From a virus, in the IMG/VR virus record IMGVR_UViG_3300042301_004349, positions 96,001 to 160,000 of that record: a DNA stretch of 64,000 nt; one strand, written 5' to 3'. Under the pieces are notes generated by a model. That model saw only the letters and a list, made by a program, of their open reading frames with translations. It searched no databases and had not been told where the DNA came from. Both the position numbers and the translations under genes were made by a program. Each line of letters starts with the position of its first letter. The first letter of the stretch is position 1. Below are positions 31,442 to 40,510 of this stretch, piece by piece.

Positions 31442-32842
31442 TTATTTTAAAAGTGATTCTGCTACGTAAATACCATGTGCACCTGAAACTGTAATACCAC
31501 GAGCTGATAGAGCATCACCTACAAAGTGTACATTTGAATAATTTGTTAATGATAGATCATTGTAATTAACTAAAGGCTCAGGTGATAGATATTTTACCTC
31601 AGGCATGTAAATACCCCAATCATTTTTCAATTTTGGGAATACAATCTGCATATTAGTAATAAAATCTTCAATATATTGAGCATATTCTTCTCCTAATGCA
31701 TTAAATAAAACATCCATTGTATCTACCTGTACAGCAGATACTGTATTATTTTCTGATGTTAATCCTGGTTTGCGAGTTTTGTTTGGTGAATAGTAAGTAC
31801 CAGTTCCATCAATCTGTAGTTTTTGAACTACATCGCGTGACCAAGCAAATGGATCTTCAATACCTTTAATTTCCATTAATATACCAAAGTTAGTCATTTG
31901 ATTTTCAAATTCCTTACCTTTTTTAGCATGACCATTATAACTTACATCCCCATAAGTTTCTTCCACAGCGACGTAAGCAGCATTGTTGTTAGTACAAAAG
32001 CTACGGAGAGATACATTATCAAATTTTTGATAGAGCTTAAAATCATAACTTATATCAATTAGTTTTTGGAAATATTTTTGTGGTGCTTCAAATCGAACAC
32101 CAATTTGTACTGATTTAGGCTCAGTTGGTAATTTGTAAGTATCAGACAATTGTTGAGCAAAGTCAATACCTGATTTACCTACAGCAAATATTAGTTTTTC
32201 ATAGGCATTTATTGCTACAAACTCATTTTCGCCTTGTTTATACTTAATAATTAAATCTTGGAAATCAATATCAGTAATAGTAGTATTCCAACTAAACTTA
32301 ACACCTTTATCTAACAAATATTGATACCATGTTTTAGCAATTTCATGTAAGAAATTAGATCCAATGTGCCATACAGGAAACATTCTCAAACCAAAATATG
32401 GTTTAATGAATTCAGGTTCTTTTTGTGGATCAGACATAAATATTTCTTCTGGTTTAGGGTGAAAACGAGTAAAGTTGTCTACTACTTGTTTCATTAATTC
32501 CATTGCTTTTTCTTCACCACAATATTTAGCTAATTGACCACCAATTGCAGTGTGGTATGTTAATTTACCATCACTCCAACCACCAGCACCTAACATACCA
32601 GTCATTACTTCTTCAGGTAAACGATTAATTGGATCGTTACCTTTATCCATAATGGTAATAAATTCACCCGGGTACCCATTATCTACTAATTTAGTAGCAG
32701 CGTTAATACCTGCTACACCCGCACCAACAATAACAATATTTTTATATTGTTTTTCTGGTTTTGTTCTTACAATCCTTGATGTTGATCTAGGAGTATCAAA
32801 CAGCTCCTGTGTTCGTCTAAATGAATTTTGATAGTCTCTCAT
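31442..32842 (-). CDS. FAD-dependent oxidoreductase (COG2509-like)
   Basis: IVIVGAGVAG Rossmann motif, GMLGAGGWSDGKL, IGVRFE, RSFCTN, SYNGH, PEVKY, FVGD..SARGI..SGAHG. Confidence 0.85.
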   Translation of the reverse strand: MRDYQNSFRRTQELFDTPRSTSRIVRTKPEKQYKNIVIVGAGVAGINAATKLVDNGYPGEFITIMDKGNDPINRLPEEVMTGMLGAGGWSDGKLTYHTAIGGQLAKYCGEEKAMELMKQVVDNFTRFHPKPEEIFMSDPQKEPEFIKPYFGLRMFPVWHIGSNFLHEIAKTWYQYLLDKGVKFSWNTTITDIDFQDLIIKYKQGENEFVAINAYEKLIFAVGKSGIDFAQQLSDTYKLPTEPKSVQIGVRFEAPQKYFQKLIDISYDFKLYQKFDNVSLRSFCTNNNAAYVAVEETYGDVSYNGHAKKGKEFENQMTNFGILMEIKGIEDPFAWSRDVVQKLQIDGTGTYYSPNKTRKPGLTSENNTVSAVQVDTMDVLFNALGEEYAQYIEDFITNMQIVFPKLKNDWGIYMPEVKYLSPEPLVNYNDLSLTNYSNVHFVGDALSARGITVSGAHGIYVAESLLK

Positions 32843-32859
32843 AAATTTTTCTTAATTAT

Positions 32860-32891
32860 TAAATATACTATTTTGTTTTGCCATTCCCAAA
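32860..32891 (-). promoter_or_regulatory. Bacteroidota-type promoter candidate
   Basis: Minus strand TTTG-N20-TATATTTA, compared with the Bacteroidota TTTG-N19-21-TAnnTTTG consensus. Confidence 0.5.
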
Positions 32892-32965
32892 AAAGAAAGG
32901 GCGCACCTTTTGAGTGCGCCACAGCTGCATTAATATTGTTAAATGCGACAGGCTATGAATCTGTC
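32889..32965 (-). ncRNA. Candidate structured RNA: two hairpins, pseudoknot and intrinsic terminator
   Basis: GACAG/CUGUC stem with loop AUUCAUAGC; GCAUU/AAUGC stem; GCUGUG complementary to the loop; GGCGCAC/GUGCGCC stem plus U tract. Confidence 0.55.
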
Positions 32966-32978
32966 TATATGTTTAGTT

Positions 32979-33467
32979 TTAGTTATTTTCTTTATCTCTT
33001 ACTACAGCACCTACAAGTAATCCTAGGAATAATACTAAAGCCCCAGCAGCAAATAACATTACACCTCGCTCATCACTCCATGCCCAGTTACCACCAATAA
33101 AGAAACTAGGAAGGCCTATAGCTATAGCAACTTGTTGTATTTTATCACCTAATCCTTCTTCTAACATTCCTTCATTTAAATTTGAAAGAACTTTACTTAC
33201 TTTTTTAATATTATCGATAGTAATATCTGACATTGAAAGTTGGTCTGCAGGTTTTCCAATTGCTTGAGCAGCCATGTCTTTCATTTTAGAAATTTCTTCA
33301 TCAGAAAATTTATTAGCAACTTGTTTAACTTTATCAGCAATTTTATTTTTTACTTTATCAAAAATCCCAGATAAAGATATTTCTTCAAGTTTTTCAGCAT
33401 ATTGTCCCTCAGTTATAATGCCTGCTAATTTTTGCATTTTGAGAGTTTGTTCATTTAAGATAGTCAT
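32979..33467 (-). CDS. Tagged protein (KMQKLAGIITE) with two C-terminal hydrophobic helices
   Basis: 162 aa; VAIAIGLPSFFIGG and VMLFAAGALVLFLGLLVGAVV. Confidence 0.75.
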   Translation of the reverse strand: MTILNEQTLKMQKLAGIITEGQYAEKLEEISLSGIFDKVKNKIADKVKQVANKFSDEEISKMKDMAAQAIGKPADQLSMSDITIDNIKKVSKVLSNLNEGMLEEGLGDKIQQVAIAIGLPSFFIGGNWAWSDERGVMLFAAGALVLFLGLLVGAVVRDKENN

Positions 33468-33488
33468 ATTTTTAAATTTAAATTATTA

Positions 33489-34082
33489 TTAAACAGAGGC
33501 TATTTTTTGTGCCAATTGCATTACTTCTGCTGTTTTAAACGCTGCTGCCCCCCCTTCTAATCCTTTTACAATTAAATTAACAGCATTAACTGCTTCTACT
33601 CCTGAACCTATAGCGGCGGCTGCTAATATAGCTGCATATATTCCATGAGCCATATCATGTAAATTTGATGATTCATCAAATGGGTCTTGATCACCATATT
33701 TTTTAGGATATGCTTTTTTTAATAAAAATGCAATTCCTTCAATATATTTGTGTTCTAATTTATGACCTGCTTTTTGTAAAGCAGATCCTATTTTTGTAGA
33801 CCCTATAGCCCCATAAGAAAAATATTGAGCAATTAAATCAGCACCTTTACCTAATAAATTTAATAAACCAGGTGCACCTGCTGTAACTGCAAATAAGGTT
33901 AAAAGTCCTTCTTTCATTTCTCCATCTTTAGGAGATGGTTTGATTGATGATGAAGCTGATTTGAGATCCCCTAAGAAATCTAATAAACCTTTCTCAGCAG
34001 CTTGTTCAGCTTTAGCTTCTTCCTCAGTAAGGATTCCTGCTAATTTTTGCATCCGAAAGTATTGTTCATTTAACATTGTCAT
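33489..34082 (-). CDS. Tagged protein (RMQKLAGILTE) with Ala/Gly-rich hydrophobic helices
   Basis: Start moved to MTMLNEQ at 34082, downstream of the motif at 34096-34103. Confidence 0.75.
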   Translation of the reverse strand: MTMLNEQYFRMQKLAGILTEEEAKAEQAAEKGLLDFLGDLKSASSSIKPSPKDGEMKEGLLTLFAVTAGAPGLLNLLGKGADLIAQYFSYGAIGSTKIGSALQKAGHKLEHKYIEGIAFLLKKAYPKKYGDQDPFDESSNLHDMAHGIYAAILAAAAIGSGVEAVNAVNLIVKGLEGGAAAFKTAEVMQLAQKIASV

Positions 34083-34104
34083 AATTTTATATTTTATAAA
34101 TATA

Positions 34105-35259
34105 CTAATGCAGTGAAGGAGTTTTTTCATAGTCTAAGACTAATGTTTTTCCTCCTTTAGTTGGTTCTAATTTTGCTTGTTTCAAAGGAATTGTTCTAAA
34201 ATCAATTCCGTATGTTTGATTCTCATGGCGAGCCAATGATATAATAGGCATATCCTCTGGTTTTAGGTCATTTATATCATTCATATTTTTAGTTGTTTTA
34301 ATGGTTAATACACCATTTTGAAAACTATAATCTGTAGATGCAAACGAACGTTGAACTATTTTTGCTTTATCAGGACCAAAAGTAATATTTTCTAAATTTT
34401 CTTCTATTCCTGGGTAATTTAATATAAAAATCCTGCCATATTTTCTTTCATCTTCAGGATCCATCATATCAAATATCTTAGGATTAAACATATTTGGTTT
34501 TAGGATTAATTTATCAATTTTTCCTTCTTTACCATTTTCTATAAATTTGTTTAATAAATCACCAAACTTTTTTCTCTCACTGCTCCACCAATATGGGCCA
34601 TCTTTTTTAACTGATATGTTTTGTTCTCCATCTGATGTAGTTAAAGATACATCTCCTTTAAGACCTATTTTACTCCCTGTAGTTCCCATACCTGATGCTT
34701 TTGTGACATTAGGTATATTAATTTCTTTATTTTCTTTATCTATAAATTTAACATCTATAGGTCCCCCGTTTTCTTCTATAAAATTATTTACAGCGTCAAC
34801 TAATTCTTTTTCATTAGATACACCAGCACCACCACCTGTTTGTCCACCCAAATTTGATGATTTATATATTGAACTTATATTTACAGTAGTTTCTTGGTTA
34901 TTTAGTTGTCCTGTAATTTTAACATTACGAGCATTATTAACATTTCTGATGGCTCCAATTAAATTAGATTTTTCTTCTGGTTGATCTGATTTAAAAATTT
35001 CATCACCCACTATTATAGTATTAGCAACAAAATCATCCTCACCTTTATTTCCTAATTTAAATGATTCTTGACTATAAAATATATTTACAAACTGTTCAGG
35101 ACGTTTTTTAATTGTATTTAACGATAACATAGCTTCTTCTAATTCGATTTCGCTTATTATTTCTTGTAAAATAGATAACTTTGTAGGATTATTCATATCA
35201 ACAATCCCATCATGGCAACGAAATGACCACTCATTTAATATTTTATCTATAACTGTCAT
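34105..35259 (-). CDS. Putative PD-(D/E)xK-fold nuclease with N-terminal IDKILNE segment
   Basis: NEKELV...KGDVSL...NISVKK restriction-endonuclease-like pattern. Confidence 0.55.
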   Translation of the reverse strand: MTVIDKILNEWSFRCHDGIVDMNNPTKLSILQEIISEIELEEAMLSLNTIKKRPEQFVNIFYSQESFKLGNKGEDDFVANTIIVGDEIFKSDQPEEKSNLIGAIRNVNNARNVKITGQLNNQETTVNISSIYKSSNLGGQTGGGAGVSNEKELVDAVNNFIEENGGPIDVKFIDKENKEINIPNVTKASGMGTTGSKIGLKGDVSLTTSDGEQNISVKKDGPYWWSSERKKFGDLLNKFIENGKEGKIDKLILKPNMFNPKIFDMMDPEDERKYGRIFILNYPGIEENLENITFGPDKAKIVQRSFASTDYSFQNGVLTIKTTKNMNDINDLKPEDMPIISLARHENQTYGIDFRTIPLKQAKLEPTKGGKTLVLDYEKTPSLH

Positions 35260-35260
35260 A

Positions 35261-35803
35261 TTATGCTTCTGCTGGAGTTTCTTCTGCTGGTGCTTCAGGA
35301 GTAGGTGGGGATTCAGTTCCTGCTAAATCATTAAATGCTGCTTCACCAGCATCTGGTGCTGGTGCTTCTGCAGGAGCTGCGGCATCGCCTGCACCCGCAT
35401 CTGCTACTGATCCTGCATCTTCTTTAAGTGCAGGAGATAATGATAATAAATTTGATACAGCTTGGCTTGCTCTATTTGTAGCGCTACCCATAGCTAAATC
35501 ATATCTTTTACCTGCTATTTTAGCTATAAAAGTACCACCTGAATATATTAACTGAAAGTCTAATCCATTGATTAATTCAATATTGAGTGTTGTTGGTTTT
35601 GGAGCAACAACAGTAACGCTGCTTAAATATCTACTAAATGAAGGAGACATTATTGATTCAACAGCATCTTTTAATTTAGGAAAACGATATATTAAATATA
35701 AAGATTTTTCAGCACGCTTGATAGCCTGCTCTTCCTCTTGCAATCTTTGTTTGATTGCTTTTTTAATATATTTTTCTAATAATATTTTTTTAATATTCTC
35801 CAT
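35261..35803 (-). CDS. Hypothetical protein with acidic Pro/Ala tail
   Basis: 180 aa; [17 protein letters not shown] near the N-terminus. Confidence 0.7.
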   Translation of the reverse strand: MENIKKILLEKYIKKAIKQRLQEEEQAIKRAEKSLYLIYRFPKLKDAVESIMSPSFSRYLSSVTVVAPKPTTLNIELINGLDFQLIYSGGTFIAKIAGKRYDLAMGSATNRASQAVSNLLSLSPALKEDAGSVADAGAGDAAAPAEAPAPDAGEAAFNDLAGTESPPTPEAPAEETPAEA

Positions 35804-36161
35804 TATTTTCGATTTCGCTAGTTTCTTCAGTTAAATATTGTTCTATACTATTCATGTAATCTGAAGCTAGAGTAATATATGCTGATACCCAACCTGGTAG
35901 TTGTTGGTTTGGTTCGATCATTTTATAAATTTTGGTTGCATTTTCAACCATACTTCTTAATTCACTTTTAGCCATTGTAGCTTCATGATCTTCAGTTTTA
36001 GGCCAAGATAAGTGAGTTTCTTTGACCAAAGCAACAGCAATTTTTTTACGACGGCTAGCAAGATAAGAATCTGTCTTATTTACTTTACCATCGTTATTGA
36101 TGTCTTTATCTTCTTTTCCTACTGGATCTAAACCTTCTACTAAATGTGTTAATTTAATCAT
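35790..36161 (-). CDS. Tagged protein (MIKLTHLVE) with EF-hand-like loop
   Basis: [12 protein letters not shown] resembles a DxNxDG Ca-binding loop. Confidence 0.7.
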   Translation of the reverse strand: MIKLTHLVEGLDPVGKEDKDINNDGKVNKTDSYLASRRKKIAVALVKETHLSWPKTEDHEATMAKSELRSMVENATKIYKMIEPNQQLPGWVSAYITLASDYMNSIEQYLTEETSEIENNGEY

Positions 36162-36163
36162 TG

Positions 36164-36595
36164 TTATTTCATTGATTGTTTTGTAGCTGTAGCATACATA
36201 ACTTTTTCAGCGTCTTTGCCATATTTGTCAAAGCTGTCTGATTTTTTCATTGCTTTAACATTTTTTTCTTTTTTGGCTTTTTCACCTTTAGTCATTTTAC
36301 GCTCTTTAACTGGTTTGTCCATTGCTTTTAATTGTTCTTCAAGCTCTTTTTTCTTAGCCTCAAGTTCAGCAATGCTGTTATCCATATCATCCATCATATC
36401 ACCAACGATTTCTGAATCTACATATTGGTTAATATTGGAAGGGATTGCAGATTTGATTTGATGTGCTTCTTCAATCTCTTCTTCGATTTTATTAATTTTA
36501 GCTGTTAAAGCAGCTTTATCACCAGCCTCGTCAATCATTTTTAAACGATCTACAATTGCTTCTTTGATAAGTTGACGTAATTGATTAGTGTTCAT
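36164..36595 (-). CDS. Tagged coiled-coil protein ([14 protein letters not shown])
   Basis: 143 aa; C-terminal [15 protein letters not shown]. Confidence 0.7.
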   Translation of the reverse strand: MNTNQLRQLIKEAIVDRLKMIDEAGDKAALTAKINKIEEEIEEAHQIKSAIPSNINQYVDSEIVGDMMDDMDNSIAELEAKKKELEEQLKAMDKPVKERKMTKGEKAKKEKNVKAMKKSDSFDKYGKDAEKVMYATATKQSMK

Positions 36596-36625
36596 TGTGT
36601 GTGTTTATATATAAATATGTAAATT

Positions 36626-37642
36626 TTAATCTAAATCTTGTAATCCTGTATCATCCTTTGTTAAATCACGAGCAATATCTCTAATTTCCATTTCAGCCCA
36701 ACGTTTTTGGGATGGAGTTAATGTACCATTGATTGCTTTTTCAACAAACGGAAAAAATTCATTATCGGATAATTTGTAAACAGATGCAAAAAATAATTCA
36801 CGAACACGTGGATCATCTACATCAGATGAAATGTATAAATCATTAATAGCATCATAAATAAATTTACCATAACGTAAATCTTCAGGTTCATTTGAAACCT
36901 TATCTACAGCGTTAATAATTGATTGATTTTTTTCTTTATCTGATCCAAATCCTTCTGTGCCTACGATTTCATACAATCCTTTTATAATCTCATGTACTAA
37001 CATAGGAAAACACATTGCTTGTGCTTTAATTATAAACTGATCATTTTCATCATCATATTCCATTTCGCTTTCACCGCCTTGCATTTTTTGACCTTGTGCA
37101 ATTGCGGCTAACATCATTGCAATAGCATTATCATCATCATAAGTACCAAATACTAATTTTAATATTTCACTATATTTGCCTACTAATTCTGGATTGATTT
37201 GGTCTATGTATTCTTTAAATAACATGAATGCAAAAGCTCCTCTAACAGAAGCACCTTGAGTGATACCGTTGATAAGACGACGTTTTGCTTTCATCTTTTC
37301 AGGATCATCTTCACCAAACTCAGGTTGTGAAGGGTCTTCATTATTAGGATTCATTTCAATATCCATATCATTACCTATGCTAGCAATAATTTTAATATTA
37401 GCATAATCAATAATTGGGTAAGCATCAGTAACCATTTGAACAGCTATTGCTTCTAATTCATCATGGTATCCTTCTTCAGCGGCTACTATTTGATCTAATA
37501 CTTCTTTAGAACGCATCATTGTTTGCATCAAGGGTCTATTACCAACCATTTGACGTAATGATTCACCAGACTTGCCTTTTAAGGCAGCCATAGTTTCAGG
37601 GGAGAATATTCTATCGTATTCTACTTCTAATAATTTAGCCAT
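36626..37642 (-). CDS. Hypothetical protein (338 aa)
   Basis: MAKLLE start; KRRLINGITQGA and FPMLVHEIIKG motifs. Confidence 0.7.
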   Translation of the reverse strand: MAKLLEVEYDRIFSPETMAALKGKSGESLRQMVGNRPLMQTMMRSKEVLDQIVAAEEGYHDELEAIAVQMVTDAYPIIDYANIKIIASIGNDMDIEMNPNNEDPSQPEFGEDDPEKMKAKRRLINGITQGASVRGAFAFMLFKEYIDQINPELVGKYSEILKLVFGTYDDDNAIAMMLAAIAQGQKMQGGESEMEYDDENDQFIIKAQAMCFPMLVHEIIKGLYEIVGTEGFGSDKEKNQSIINAVDKVSNEPEDLRYGKFIYDAINDLYISSDVDDPRVRELFFASVYKLSDNEFFPFVEKAINGTLTPSQKRWAEMEIRDIARDLTKDDTGLQDLD

Positions 37643-37893
37643 TATTTTCTAGATTGAAATCTTTTAACAATTTTATCTACCATTTCTTCTTCATTCATTG
37701 AAGCCTTTGGTTTTGGCTTAACATCAGGATTTCCTAATGGACGACGTGGTTTTGGTTTATCAGTACCTGGTTTAGCAGGGATTGTTGTAGGTTCTGGGCT
37801 GATGCCTGGTTTAGAAGGGGCTAAAGCAGGATTTTCTGCTAATACCTTTTCTATCGCTTCACGGATAGCTTGTTTTAATTGATTAATTTGCAT
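37642..37893 (-). CDS. Tagged Pro-rich small protein (MQINQLKQAIREAI)
   Basis: 83 aa; coupled to the next gene. Confidence 0.7.
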   Translation of the reverse strand: MQINQLKQAIREAIEKVLAENPALAPSKPGISPEPTTIPAKPGTDKPKPRRPLGNPDVKPKPKASMNEEEMVDKIVKRFQSRK

Positions 37894-40510
37894 TATTTTT
37901 TTCGTTTATATGTTTACGAAGTAATTCTTTAAATTCTTTTATATGGCCTGGGTGGTCTGCTAAATATTCATTTACAATATACTTATGTGCCTCTGCCAAC
38001 CCTCGTTGTTGTAATACTGTTAATAAATCTGCTGGTGAAGCTAATGGTAAAGCATTGTTACCACCCTCATTACCAACCAATACATAGTTACTATTACCTG
38101 GTTGTACGTTAATGGATGCTATAATTTGTTGGTTTGCTAATCTAATAATATAGATTTTACTAGCACCAATTTGGATTACTCTTCCTACTCTACCTGAAGT
38201 ACCTAATAAATTATTACGACGAGAAGCACCTCTATCACCATTCGGATCAACACGGGATGCATTAATTGCATTTATTCTTCTAAATATAGCTCTTGGTAAA
38301 CGAAGGAAAGCTGCTTCTAATCCTATTGCATTCATTTCTTCACGAACGTTAATATCACCTGTTAGTGGAGCTGCTTGAGTTTGTTGACGAGGAGCATTTG
38401 GAACACCAGCTGGTCTTCCTCTTCTACCTGTTGTTGGGGCTGCTGCCACACCAGCGGCAGCTGGAGCTGCAGTGCCTAATATTTGTGCTACTTTTGAAGT
38501 AGGAATATTTACAACAACTAATTTACCTGATGTAGAAGATATTGAGTAACTTGTTCTTGGATTTGCAGTATTAACAATATAAGGAACATCATTGTATATA
38601 ACAGATCTAAGTCTGCTACCAGCTTGCATCGGTGGGTTAGCACCAATAATAGCTTTTCTAACATCACCCCCTTGATAACTTGCTACATTTTTCATAGCAT
38701 TGATATATTGTTCATCACTAAATGCCATGTTTTTAGATCTAAAATGATCAAATAAAGCAGAATATACTGCTGTATCTCTGGAAGGGGAATTTAAGGTTTT
38801 TTGTCTCCAATCTAATCCTTGTCGACCATAAAGTGCTGTTGGTATTAAACTATTTAATCCTCGGGCCAATTCATGAACAATTATTGGTGATTCCTCACTA
38901 TTAGTTAAAATTACATCAGCGGGACTGCCTCTCCATTCAACTGTTCTTTTATCTTGAGGGACAGATCTTAGGAATGAAACATATGCTTCTTTATCTATAG
39001 TAGCAGGAATATTTTCTTCATATCTAATCAATGATAAGGCATTCTTTTGGAACCCTTCATTATCTTTTTGTTGAGAAAATATTTCTTGTACATCTTCATC
39101 ATCAAAAGGTACTTTAGAAACTTTATCATTTTCTATTTTATATGAAGCAAATGAATTAGAATCAATTAATATTGTTTTATTCTTAAGGTCTTTAGCAATA
39201 ATAGATGAATTATCATCTGTTTTTGCCTTTTCAATTACATTATTTAATACACTTTTATCAATAATTTCATCAGAAACTAATGATATTAAATTTTTAAAAG
39301 GTATTTGACTTAAATCTGGGTAGTCTAGTAAGTATTTTGATGTACGTTTATTTAATTTAATATTTGGATAATCATCTTCTTCAGTAAATAGACCTACTTT
39401 AATATCATCTCCTAAAGTTAATTTAATAATATTTTCATTATCTTTAGTAACATATATTCTTTCATTTTTAGGAAGTTCCCATTTTTCAAATTTAACTAAA
39501 AACTTTTTAACTTCAAATGGAATAGAATCTAAAGATAAAAATTTCAAATTGATTTTATCTCTCATATTTGCTATGATAGACTTTACATCTTGATTTGAAA
39601 ATTTATCTAAGTTTTTAACTAAAGTAAGACTATCTAAAATACCAAAATTAGTAGCAATAGTATTAGCAATTTGAGGATATTTAGGTAAATATTTTTCTAC
39701 GAAAGTATCATTACTAATATCTTGAAATAGGTCTTTACCTTTTCTAACAACTAAATATTGTTCTTTAACTTGAAAAGAAAATTTAATCCATTCTCTAATA
39801 CCAACAGGTCTATTTTTATAAGATTGATTTAATTTTTCTTTAGAAGATAAGGGGATGTACTTAAATACACTTCTTAAACCAACAACTGAAGGAAAATTAG
39901 ATTCAATAAAACTCCATGGTTCCCATCTATCCCACTCTGTAGCTCTACCACCAACATCATTGTTTGATCTATCTGATGCTTTATAAGTATTATCACTACC
40001 AACAACAACCACAAAGAAACTCTTACGATCACTATTAGGTAGATTTGTATCTTTTACAAGATAAAATGTTGGGTTTTTTCTACCATCATCGTAACGATAG
40101 TTACCAAATGAACCTCTAGTAATACACCAAGATTCACCTCTACCAAAAGTTAAACAATTTTCTTCTTTAGAACCATTATAAATAATTAAACCATTTTGAT
40201 CATAAACAACATCTGGTGTAGTGTCTACTTCATCTTCAGGTTCTTCAACACCTTTAGTTGATGTAACTAATTTTATTAATTTAGATAAATTATATTTACG
40301 TAAATCTTTTTCAGTAACTTTAGGTGAATTTTTTAAAGAATCAAAACGTTCAATATATGCTTTTAATTGAGCATCACTTATTTGAATATTTAAATCATCA
40401 GCTTCTTCCCTAAATTTAGCCATCAATTTATTAATCTCACCTTCTGAATATTCATTAAGTGGGAATAAATTATGGGTTACGTGTAATATAAATTTGTCTA
40501 TTGCTCTCAT
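37883..40510 (-). CDS. Large hypothetical protein with SWCIT motif and AT-hook-like RRGRP
   Basis: 875 aa; FGRGESWCIT...PTFYLV; GRRGRPAG in a low-complexity linker. Confidence 0.75.
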   Translation of the reverse strand: MRAIDKFILHVTHNLFPLNEYSEGEINKLMAKFREEADDLNIQISDAQLKAYIERFDSLKNSPKVTEKDLRKYNLSKLIKLVTSTKGVEEPEDEVDTTPDVVYDQNGLIIYNGSKEENCLTFGRGESWCITRGSFGNYRYDDGRKNPTFYLVKDTNLPNSDRKSFFVVVVGSDNTYKASDRSNNDVGGRATEWDRWEPWSFIESNFPSVVGLRSVFKYIPLSSKEKLNQSYKNRPVGIREWIKFSFQVKEQYLVVRKGKDLFQDISNDTFVEKYLPKYPQIANTIATNFGILDSLTLVKNLDKFSNQDVKSIIANMRDKINLKFLSLDSIPFEVKKFLVKFEKWELPKNERIYVTKDNENIIKLTLGDDIKVGLFTEEDDYPNIKLNKRTSKYLLDYPDLSQIPFKNLISLVSDEIIDKSVLNNVIEKAKTDDNSSIIAKDLKNKTILIDSNSFASYKIENDKVSKVPFDDEDVQEIFSQQKDNEGFQKNALSLIRYEENIPATIDKEAYVSFLRSVPQDKRTVEWRGSPADVILTNSEESPIIVHELARGLNSLIPTALYGRQGLDWRQKTLNSPSRDTAVYSALFDHFRSKNMAFSDEQYINAMKNVASYQGGDVRKAIIGANPPMQAGSRLRSVIYNDVPYIVNTANPRTSYSISSTSGKLVVVNIPTSKVAQILGTAAPAAAGVAAAPTTGRRGRPAGVPNAPRQQTQAAPLTGDINVREEMNAIGLEAAFLRLPRAIFRRINAINASRVDPNGDRGASRRNNLLGTSGRVGRVIQIGASKIYIIRLANQQIIASINVQPGNSNYVLVGNEGGNNALPLASPADLLTVLQQRGLAEAHKYIVNEYLADHPGHIKEFKELLRKHINEKNNAN

